A stretch of DNA of 64,000 nucleotides from NCBI GenBank assembly GCA_963575745.1, contig CAUYUJ010000304.1, positions 1 through 64,000 of the forward strand, read 5' to 3'. Source of the DNA: Prorocentrum cordatum. Its lineage: Eukaryota. The notes beneath the pieces were generated by a model. It did no database searches, was not told the origin of the DNA, and saw nothing but the letters and a program-made list of their open reading frames with translations. Positions 11,774 to 20,897 of this stretch are shown here, piece after piece. The translations under genes and the position numbers were made by a program. Each line of letters begins with the position of its first letter. Position 1 is the first letter of the stretch.

Positions 11774-13982
11774 TCAGGCACATACCCGACGAAGCATGTC
11801 TCGAGCTCGCGCCTCCGAGAATTTCTGAGCGTTGGACAGCAGCGAGGCCGAGAGTTTCGTGCGCTGCCGAAGCGCGCTGCCGTGCTTTTCATAGATCCTG
11901 ACACTTTCACGGGCGCGCCAGCGCCCTCTAGCCTGAATGCTTGAGATGGGCCTAACATCGCGCAGGGCGTCGTGCGAAGGCCCACCATGGCGAAGCTGAT
12001 GGGGCACTGACAGAAGGTCCACCACTCCCGCGGTGAAAGCCGCGGCCTTCAAAGCTTTTTCGTACTGCGCGAGAGAGAGAGAGGGGCGAAAAGAGTAGGG
12101 AGGCCTTGCAGCCGCGCCCGGGCACGGAGTCGAGACAGAATCTCGGGCACCAGGCGACGGAGGGGCAGGTCAGTGCCTGCCTTCACTGCGCAATCGAAGT
12201 CGCGATTCTTTGCTGGCTTGTCTTCGTTCAACGGAGCAACAACGACAGTGATATCGGCGGAGGGTCCTGAGCATCGAGAGCCAAAGACATGTTCGGGCTT
12301 TATCGAGAGGAGCTCGCTGGGCCGAAAATACATGTCAAACTGGACCAAGGCGCCAAGCGCGACCAGGAGGTCAAGGCCCGCGCCGTTGTCAAGGACAGAG
12401 CAGACCAACTGAACGGCCTCAAATGGGGGCGGATCACGCAAGCACGGCGGGATCCTGGTTGACCAACCAGCCAGGGCATCTTTTGCCTTCTGAGAAACCT
12501 CGCTGCTTGCGCAGACCATGCAGGGCCAGGCGGCCGACGCACTGCGGTTCGCCTGCAAAGAACAGTTCCTCGAAGTAGAGATTCAAGGCCGAGTCGGCCT
12601 CAGGCGGTGATGACAAAGGGGGACCACGCTCCCGCGCAAACACCTCGAGGGCCTCAACTGCCTTACGATAGCTGGCGAGCGTCGCCGGACGCAAGCTGGC
12701 CAGCCGAAGGTAGTCTCCGGGGCCAGCCTCGCGATCGGCGGCCGCGGCGTCGCCGCGAGCGGCGGCGTCAGCGCGCCGCCGCCTCTGCGCCTTGGCCAGC
12801 GGCCTCGGCACTGGCGCCAAGCGCCCGTCGGTCTCCCTGGCGCGCCCAGCGGCTGCCCTGCCCGGAGAAGCTGCGGCCGCTGCCTCGTTCGATGCTCTCG
12901 GCGTCCAGGTCGACGGGCGAGCTGGCGAGGGTGCAGAAGCTGCATCAGCGCTGCCGCGGCTTCGGGTCGAGCGCGGAGGCCCACCCTGGCCGCCAGGGGA
13001 GCCGAAAGCGCTGTGGGCAGATCGGCGCCGAGACGGCTCGGGGCTCTCGGCAGCCTGCCGCGCTCGCCAGCGCGTGAGCCCTGCCCTGGAGCTCTGTCGC
13101 CGCGGCTCGGCCGAAGGCGCCGCCCGGCGCATGGGGGCCAGCCAGGGGCACCAGCAACCGGCACCAGCTCGGCAGGTAGGCGCTCGCGAGGGTCGTCCGC
13201 CACGCCCAGTCTCGAGTAGGATGTCGGACCTTTCCCTGAAGCTCAACGCGATGCCGACCGGCACAGCAGCAGCGAAGCCCCAAAGCCTCCAGGCCTGGCA
13301 AGCTGCCCGCGATCGCGCCCGGCTTCTTGAACGGAGCCCCGAACCTGCACGAGTCGAACAGCACCTTGGGGCACTCGAAGCGCCGGAGCTCCCGCTCGAG
13401 CGCAGGCCAGTGCCAGACGCGGCTCGCGGGCGGGTTCTCAAAGGTCGCGAAGATCCCAAGCCGCCTGCGCAGCCGTAGGACGCGGACGGTGAACGAGACC
13501 AGGACGCGATCCACAGGCAAGGGATCGCGATTGCCTCCCACGGGCACCCAACGCGTGCAGGGGAGGCCGAGGTGAATCCACCAAATCTCGCCACTTTTGA
13601 GCCAATGTAGCACCAGACGCTGAACTTTGGGACGTGTGAGGTCAATGGGGGCCCATCTTGATGTCCACCGGGGGCAGAACTCGAAGGCCTCTTTCACGCA
13701 GGGCTCCAGTGAGGTTAGCAGTGCCAGCAAAGATCTCCAAGAACGCCTTGCGACCACGGTCAGCCCGAGGAAGCGCAGGAGGCCCAACCCCAAGACGGCG
13801 AGCATCCCCAAGACGATCACCCAGTCGTTGGCGAGCTCCATCGGGGTCCTCTCGAGGTCCCGCGGGTAGAACATGTAGATCACCAGGGCCTTCGCATGCA
13901 CCTCCCTGAGCGTTACGGGTGCTGAGCGGGTCCTCCTGAGGCTTCTTTTGACTTTCGCAGCCTTGACAACGGGAGCACTCAT
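11774..13982 (-). pseudogene. Tyrosine recombinase (frameshifts near 13645, 12490 and 12075); core 11774-~12750, long N-terminal extension inferred
   Basis: Catalytic set YFRPSE (R, ~12320), PAK (K), HQLRHGG (~11980-12001), RGRW, VRIYEK (Y at 11891-11893), plus an N-terminal SLRPATLASYRKAV core-binding region. The start at ATG 13982 is an inference from frame repair. Confidence 0.9.
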
Positions 13983-16633
13983 GATGATGTGGACGGGAAG
14001 TGTCGGGGCGTCTCTCGGCCCAGCTGGCTGGCAACGCAACTGCAGAAGGTATTGGATGAGAAAAAGTGTGAGTGTACAGCGTCTGAGATGGCAAAACGAT
14101 CTGACTAATCTGACTCTTTGTATTTTCAGGCCGCAGAGACACGGCCTCTCTCCCGTCGATCTGATAGACCTGCGCCCGCGAGGGCCGAACCACGGGCTCG
14201 CGACGGCTGCGCCGCGTGGGTGCCGAGAGGGCCCCTCGCCCTCGGTAGCGCCCAGCTCGTAGCTCACCGCGATCTGCCGCCCTGCTGCCGTGGTCCGCGA
14301 CGTTCTGGATGCCGGGGACATGCCTGGGGCGCCAGCGGATCTCGCAGCCCAGGCACACTGCGGCAGCACGGCGACACTGCGCCAGCAGCTCAAAATTGGT
14401 GGCCCTGCCCTTCTCGAAGGCGAGGACCGACGACATGTTATCACACAAGCTGAGGATCTCGGCGCCGTGGAACCGAACATCGCCTGCAGCACGCCACAGG
14501 GGAGCGACGGCGGCCCGCGCCTCCAAGGCGTGGATCCGCCCTGGGCAGCGCCACGCACCTCGGCGCCGCTCCGTCCAGCGCGCTGGATCCAGCAGCGCCT
14601 CCGCCAAGGGCTCGGGCGGCACCCCGATCTCGAGCTCGACACGGCGCCGCCGAGCGACGGCGTGTCTGAGCCTTGGCGGGGCCTCCAGAGGCAACGGCTC
14701 GGAGGCGTCGAGCAGCCCTGCCACGCGCCCTTCATGCACCTCCGTGTCGGGCGCGATCTCCACCTCCGAGGATGCGAAGTGCTGGCGCTCCCGCCAGCGA
14801 GTGGTAGCCAAGATCTCCCACGGCTGCAGGCGGGCCTCACATACGGCGTAGCCCTGCATCGAGCTATCGGTGGTGAAGGCGATGTCCGACGGCACCCTGC
14901 ACATGTCGACCTCGCCCAGGAAGACCAGGCCGGCTGCGGTCGCCAGCTCGCCCGGCACGTCAGGGGGCACGCGCGCCATCTCGGCCAAGTCGCCGCTGGA
15001 GAGTAGCTGGCGCCCAGGACACTGAGGCCAGGCCGTGGCACCGAGAAGTAGTGCGCGATGTGGCCCGCGATCCGCCGGAGCTGCCAGCGAGCCAGCCAGG
15101 GATGCCGGAGTACGTGGTGCAACGCCAAGTAGAGCCGCCAGGCCCGCTTCGGCGTGCGCTGGAGGCGCCCCTCGCGTCCATCCAGCACCATCCCGAGGAT
15201 GACGAGCCCAGGCTGGGCTCTCCAGCTCGTGCCAGCGCAAGCCCCGCCTATCCAGCTCGGCCGTGAGCCTGTCCAGGCGGTCGTCGAGCGCCGGCGCACT
15301 GAGCGAGACCAGGTTCCCGTTGTCGACGTATGGGGCCCTGACGACCGAGCGCCCAACAAGAGTCGGGGCCTTGGCCTTGTCAAGACACCAGCCATCGCCA
15401 GGGAGCCCCGCCGCGTCCATCGCGTCGACCAGCACCTCGCGGCAGATCCAGAGCGCCCAGCTCCAGCCCATCGGCAGCGCAGCAAAGCACGGCCAGATGA
15501 CCTCGTCGGGGGTGACCCCGACCCTGTGGCCAAGCTGGTCGTCGAAGATCGAGTCCACCCCCAGCTCGTCGGCGGTGACTTCGATATCGAAGCACATCCA
15601 GCTGCCCCAGGCGGGGTCGGCAAACTGGTAGAAGCCGTCCATGAGGTCCACCGAGCCCGCGCAGAGCGACTCGAAGCAGCCGTCGAAGTCGGCCAGGTCC
15701 TCCGGCGAGGCGTCAATGGCATCCAGCAAGTTGATCGAGCCCAGCGCCTCGCCCGAGGCGAGCACCGTCCGAGGCGGCAACTTGTGGAGCTGGTTCGGCT
15801 GGCGGGCGTCCTCCACCATGCGGATGTCGCCGTTCTTCTTGGCCACGAAGAACGCACTGACGCAAGCCTTCCGCCTGCGGCGGCCGTCGACCAGCCCCCG
15901 CTCTGCCAGGCGCCGCAAGAAGTCCACGAGCCTTGGGCGGTTCCGAGGGTCACGGGGGTTAAGCAGCGGGTCCCAGTACGGCTCCACGATCTCCTCGTCG
16001 TCGGGGATGTTGGCTGCTGGCCGCACCACGTCAACATTGAAGTTGTCCAGGACCTCGGAGACGTGGCGAGGCGCCACTCCGCGAAGCTGGCGCGGCTGGT
16101 CGCTGACGGGACGTCGCAGCACGTTGAGCTTAATTACCAGCATCACAATCACGGCGCGTAGAGCTCTCGCCCATGGCCGAGTACAGGTCCTTGCGCTTGA
16201 GGAGCTCCTGAAGGGCTCCAGCAGAGTCCATGTCCTTCGGGCGGTCGCCGAAGCTGCGAACACGACGTCGGACTCGCTTGATGACCGACTCCTGCGCGGT
16301 AGTCGGCGTCTGCTTGCCGGGCGCGCGAGGCTCGAGGCGCCCTCCAGCCCGAGCGGCCGCCAACCCGTTGAGCGCTCCCATCGCCTCGAGAGAACGACGG
16401 TCGCGATCGTCAGCACGAGCAGCACGCCGGGCCAGGTACCGAGGCAAAGCGGCACGTTCTCCACGACGGGCATGACGACGAAAGTCATCACCCCGAGGCA
16501 GAGGAAACATAACAGCGGACGAAGTCCTGCCCTCGGAGGAGACCCCCTCGGAGGGATGCCACCCCTGGCGCACGTCGGCAGTCGCGACGCCAGGGGTAGG
16601 CGGCGGGAGGCCAGGCGATGAGCCCAGCCACAT
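12945..16633 (-). pseudogene. pol: reverse transcriptase + RNase H + C5-methyltransferase (frameshifts near 16135, 15210, 15000 and 13645)
   Basis: PYWDP, FFVAKK, DAR, DLMDGFYQ (15625-15648), LPMGWSW (15457-15477), YVDN (15319-15330), ILGM; RNase H TDSS, LEARA, CDN, NVADHGSR. Confidence 0.92.
13140..13750 (-). other. C5-cytosine DNA methyltransferase (Dnmt-like) domain at the C-terminus of pol
   Basis: Motif I FLEIFAGTA (FLEIFAG at 13723-13743), DLT, catalytic motif IV GLPC (13557-13568), motif VI ENP (13431-13439), FDSCRFG-APFKKP, motif-X-like AYLPSWC (13161-13181), in canonical order. Confidence 0.85.
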
Positions 16634-16652
16634 CGGCGCTACCCCGGCGCCG

Positions 16653-17825
16653 TCAACCCTGATCCTTGGAGCCCGCCTTCGCCTTCGCCTTCTCCCTGGG
16701 CGTCGGCTTCTTCGGCGGCCTGTCGTCGTCGGCCCTCTCGAACCTCTTCGCATCCGACTGCTGCTCCTCGCGGAACAGCCTCTCCTGCTTCAAGATCACG
16801 CCCTGTGCCTTCTGCTCCTCGGCGACGAAGGCATCGAAGCGTGACGTCACCACGCCCCCACTCTCGCCCAGCGAACTGCTCAGCATCAAGCCAAGGCCCT
16901 CGAAGCTCGGGTGCCGGGGGCACCGCCTCACCGCGCGCGGGATCTGCAGCACTCTCCGCCCCAAGAGCTCGAAGGACGCCAGGTTGGACGTGTCGAGGAG
17001 GTCGAAGGTGACGCCGTGGCGCAGCACATTCAAGAGGCGCCGCGTCTCCAAGGCCACCGCCGCGCTCCTCGAGACCCCGGACTCCGACACCCAGAAGCCC
17101 CAGTAGGAAGTGAGGGTGAGCCCTGTGGCGAGCACGGCGCTGAGCAGCTCGGGCAAGGCGCGGGGCCCGCGGAAGGGCCAGTCGTCGATGTCGATCGCGC
17201 TCATCTTCGCCAGGGCTTCGGCGAGCATCACGGGCTGGCCAGGGGCACGCCTCGACAGCGACGAGATCCTGGGGTCCCGCCCCGGGCCGCGGCGCTTCTC
17301 GGCGCGCCAGGCCTCCTCGTCGCGCTCCTGGACATTCTCCACCGAGACCCAGCCCTCCTCCTCGCTGAGCAGAGCGATGCCGACCGCATCCCTGAAGAGC
17401 AGCCTCTCGGGGTTCCCGGCGATATGGATGTCCAGCTCCTTCCCGAAGTCCGGCGACGCAGGGTCTGAGACGATCCAGCGCGGCAGCAGAGCGCCAGGCG
17501 CCGCCGTGGGCGTCGTCACGCCCATCACCACCGCCAGAGCCCGCGCCTCGACTCGGAGCGCCTCGATGTCGTCCGGGTCGGTCGGCCCGAACGCGTACAC
17601 CTGCCCGCGCACCCTCTGCGGGAAGGCCGAGTCGCGCCGGAGAGCCACGACCAAGTGCCCGCTCAAGTCCAGCACGAGCACCTCTCCGTCCGGGCTCGCC
17701 GCGACCCAGACGCCTGGACTGAGCTGCACCAGCAACAGCCGATGGTGCCATCTGAAGTTGTCGTCGTCGTCGAAATTGACGCACACCTGCGACTCCGGCA
17801 CGTCGAGAGTGCGAAGAGCCGCCAC
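16653..17825 (-). CDS. gag-like ORF1 of the YR retrotransposon (390 aa, uninterrupted, GTG start)
   Basis: Intact globular-looking ORF with high GC3, in the gag position just upstream of pol, with a basic C-terminal tail. Assigned by position, not by a diagnostic motif. Confidence 0.75.
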   Translation of the reverse strand: MAALRTLDVPESQVCVNFDDDDNFRWHHRLLLVQLSPGVWVAASPDGEVLVLDLSGHLVVALRRDSAFPQRVRGQVYAFGPTDPDDIEALRVEARALAVVMGVTTPTAAPGALLPRWIVSDPASPDFGKELDIHIAGNPERLLFRDAVGIALLSEEEGWVSVENVQERDEEAWRAEKRRGPGRDPRISSLSRRAPGQPVMLAEALAKMSAIDIDDWPFRGPRALPELLSAVLATGLTLTSYWGFWVSESGVSRSAAVALETRRLLNVLRHGVTFDLLDTSNLASFELLGRRVLQIPRAVRRCPRHPSFEGLGLMLSSSLGESGGVVTSRFDAFVAEEQKAQGVILKQERLFREEQQSDAKRFERADDDRPPKKPTPREKAKAKAGSKDQG

Positions 17826-17839
17826 CCCGACTCAGTCGC

Positions 17840-18241
17840 TCAGGCGTGGACAGCGCGAAACCCGCGCCGCCCCGCCACCGAGACCTGCAGCCCGTCGTCG
17901 TTCACGAGGGTGTCCTCGCCCTGAGCGGGACGAGGCGTCGCCAGGCCCCCGAGGAGCTCGGCGACCCAGCACACCGCGCGGAGCACAGCGCGGCCGCCTC
18001 CGCCCAGCAGGAGGCCCACGGCCAGGGCAGCGCCCACGGCCCACCAGCCCAGCCCGCCGCCGCAGCTCAGGCTGCACGTCGGGCAGCTCGGGCACGTCCC
18101 GCAGCTGACCGCCGGCGGCGGAGGGCAGGACGGGCAGCTGCCGCAGGTGACGCGAGCCTCAGGGCACGCTGGGCACTGCGTCAGCCAGGCGGTCGCCACC
18201 GAGGCAGCCCAGGGCCCGGCCGCCAGCCACGGGAGGCCCAT
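17840..18241 (-). CDS. ORF0: 133-aa Cys-rich (CxxCP repeats) protein with hydrophobic segments, function unknown
   Basis: ATG 24 nt inside the end of A1; 10 Cys in CPAC...CGSCPSC...CGTCPSCPTCSLSC followed by WWAVGAALAVGLLLGGGG; high GC3; fills the gap between A1 and gag. Confidence 0.65.
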   Translation of the reverse strand: MGLPWLAAGPWAASVATAWLTQCPACPEARVTCGSCPSCPPPPAVSCGTCPSCPTCSLSCGGGLGWWAVGAALAVGLLLGGGGRAVLRAVCWVAELLGGLATPRPAQGEDTLVNDDGLQVSVAGRRGFRAVHA

Positions 18242-18264
18242 CCGCTCCCGGGGCCCCACGATCA

Positions 18265-18376
18265 GAGCTTTAAGCCAGAACGGTTTCGGCGAGACAGAGA
18301 GCGCAGGCGGAGCGGTCGTGCGCTCAGAAACTGTCGAGGCCCTTCAATCACAGGAAAACCAGTCAGAGACAAATCA
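18265..18376 (-). repeat. Split direct repeat A1 (5' terminus, 112 bp)
   Basis: Identical to 11335-11446. Confidence 0.95.
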
Positions 18377-18377
18377 T

Positions 18378-18982
18378 GCATTCGTGGTTTCGAAGATTTT
18401 GGCGTTCTCGCCGTCTTTCCTTCCCGACGCTCTCAGACGGCCCTCGAGGCTCCCAATACCACCCCAGGACTGCCCAAGAGGCCTCCAAGAGGGCCCCAAG
18501 GCGGCCCTCGAGGGCCCAGGAGGCGCCCAAGACGGCCCGAGAGGACCCCAAGACGGCCCCAATAGTGGCCCGAGAGAAGGAACACGAACCGAAAATCCGA
18601 GCGTTCCGCCCCAAGAGGCCCCCAGGATGCCCCAAGAGGCACTCAAGAGGCTCCAAGAGGCGCCCAAGGAACCCAACAGCGACCCCAAGAGGCTCCAAAA
18701 CTGTCCCCAAGAGGCCTCAAAACTGCATCCAAGAGGCTCCCCACCGAACATCCAATAGGCTTCACACCCACAACCCAGGCACAGTGGCGGGATGGGCCGA
18801 AGGCCATTCGATAGAGAGGAGTCCGAGGTGCAACAGAGAATCAAGAGTCCAGGGGGCGCGGCTCAAGCCTGTATGTCTCACCTGAACCCTTCCTACCGTG
18901 TTCGGAAAGGCAGCCCGACAACAAACGAATCAAACATGCGTCGCTCAATTGGGGTCGGCGGCAGAGGCGGCAGCCTTTCGAT
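18378..18982 (+). repeat. Right half of the interrupted dispersed repeat
   Basis: Aligns with 6413-6990. Confidence 0.9.
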
Positions 18983-19079
18983 TAAAACCTCTTGTTGATA
19001 TGGAGCAACATGCACCAAGCAATGTCTGCGGGCGGAGTTGCAACGCCGCGAGAAGAAGAGAGAATTAGCAAAATTGTGG

Positions 19080-20130
19080 GGAACTCCTTGGAAGCATCTA
19101 TGACAGTGCTAGTGCTCCCTTGGGACGCCTCTTGGGCCGTCAAGGGCCCTTTGGGGGCCGTCTCGGGGCCCTCTTAGGGGGGCAGCTGGACCCCCTGGAG
19201 GCCTCTTGGGATAGGGGTCAGAGTCTGCTTGACTACCTGTCGGGGTCTCTTGGCATGCTTCTCGGGCGCCTCCTGGAGCCAATGTTAAAGCCCCTTGGGG
19301 CCTGTTGGGGGCCGCCCGGGGGCCTCTCGGGGTCTCTTTCGGATCTCTTGGGGGCCTGCTGGCAGTCTCGGGGAGGGCACTTGGGGCGGAGGGCTCTTGT
19401 AAATGAGCTTGGGGTCCCCCTCTTGGGTCGTCTTGGGCACCTCTTGGACCCTCTTGGGCTCTCTTGGAATGTCTTGAGGCGCTCCTGGGAGGCTCTTGGG
19501 CCGTTTTGAGACGACCTTGGGGGCCTCTTGGGCCATCTTGGACGCTCTTAAAACAGTGAAATTACGAACAACAGACCAGGGGGCAAAAACATGATGTCCA
19601 AAGAGAGTTCGGTAACTTTGGTCATCGAGTGCCTCTTGGGGAGCATCTCGGAGCCTTTTTGGGGCGTCACCTTGGTGGCCTCTTGGGCCGTTTTGAGGCC
19701 TTTTTGGTGGCCCCTTTGGAGCGTCCTGGGGGCCTCTTGGAGCGTCTTGGGGCCTCGTAAATGCATCTTTGGGGCATCTTGGGGATTCTCTTGGGGCTTT
19801 CTGGAGCTATTCCGGTGCCGTTACGATGCCTCGGAGGGCCAAGAGGGGGGCGAGTGGCGCAGGGACAGCAATCAAAGCTATTCCTAAGGTTCTTGAAAGG
19901 CTTTGGCATTTACATTGGGGGGGGCTCCTGGAAAGACCTGGACACTCCAATGGGAGAGCCCCTGGGAGCCCCCAAGACTGCTGTGGGAGGAATCCACTGG
20001 GAAGCCCTGCGAAGGCCCTGCGACATTCGTGGGAAACTCCGGGGAGATCCTGGGAGGCTCCAGAAGCCATCTCGGGGGCCTCTTGTACCGTCTTGGGCAG
20101 GTCATGGCGGTTTGGGAGGGTCTCTTGGCA
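19080..20130 (-). repeat. CCTCTTGG/CCAAGAGG-rich dispersed repeat (related tracts at ~20935-21330, 25860-26800, 29460-30000, 45850-46040, 46420-46960)
   Basis: Dense recurrent GGCCTCTTGGG / GCCGTCTTGG motifs. 20932-20966 carries the reverse complement of the motif seen at 18771-18805. Confidence 0.7.
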
Positions 20131-20309
20131 TCGCTTCAAGTACGCCTACGGCCATCTTCACACATTCGTGGCTGAAGTAAATATCCTGTCCTGGAGGCCG
20201 AAAACATGCCCCGTACCCCAGCGGCTGAATGCGATAACAGGGGGGGAGGTCAGAAAAGTCTGAGGCCCTGGGCCCCTTGCCCCGGGACGCCGATGACATT
20301 GCCTGCAGC

Positions 20310-20456
20310 ATCATCACCATCATCGTCACCACCCCCACCCCCACCCCAACAACCATCACCATCACCGTCACCATCACCATCACCATCACCATCACCATCA
20401 CCAACACCACCACCACCCCATATCCCCACCCCCACCCCCACCCCCACCCCCATCCC

Positions 20457-20534
<78 letters not shown>

Positions 20535-20831
20535 CATCCTCATCCTCATCCTCATCATCTTCCTCATCATCTTCAGTAGCATCAGCATCAGCATCAGCAT
20601 CAGCATCAGCATCGTCATCATCATCGTCATCATCATCATCGTCATCAACAGCAGCAGCAACATCATCATCGTCGTCATCATCATCAGCATCATCAGCATC
20701 ATCATCGTCATCATCACCATCATCGCCATCACCATCACCATCACCACCATCACCATCACCATCACCATCACCATCACCATCACCATCACCATCACCATCA
20801 CCATCACCATCACCATCACCATCACCATCAC

Positions 20832-20884
<53 letters not shown>

Positions 20885-20897
20885 CCATCACCATCAC
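20310..20897. repeat. (CAT)n/(CACCAT)n compound microsatellite
   Basis: Direct reading. Similar tracts at 30280-30575 and 39875-40095. Confidence 0.95.

Larger units (their letters stand above)
11107..18377 (-). mobile_element. Full-length tyrosine-recombinase (DIRS-order, PAT/Ngaro-like split-direct-repeat) retrotransposon carrying a C5 DNA methyltransferase domain
   Basis: A1(18376-18265) - ORF0 - gag - RT/RNaseH/MTase - YR - B1(11652-11447) - A2(11446-11335) - 22-bp spacer - B2(11312-11107). No TSD; both junctions rebuild the empty site seen at 6404-6419. Confidence 0.95.

Noticed and set aside
12945..16037. 1030-aa ORF taken as a single protein
   Set aside because: It is a mosaic of frames. 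Only ~15210-15000 (RT thumb), 13982-13645 (inferred YR N-terminus) and 13645-12945 (MTase) look genuine.
14290..18565. Long plus-strand ORFs over the retrotransposon
   Set aside because: Antisense shadows of GC3-rich minus-strand genes, with no motifs.
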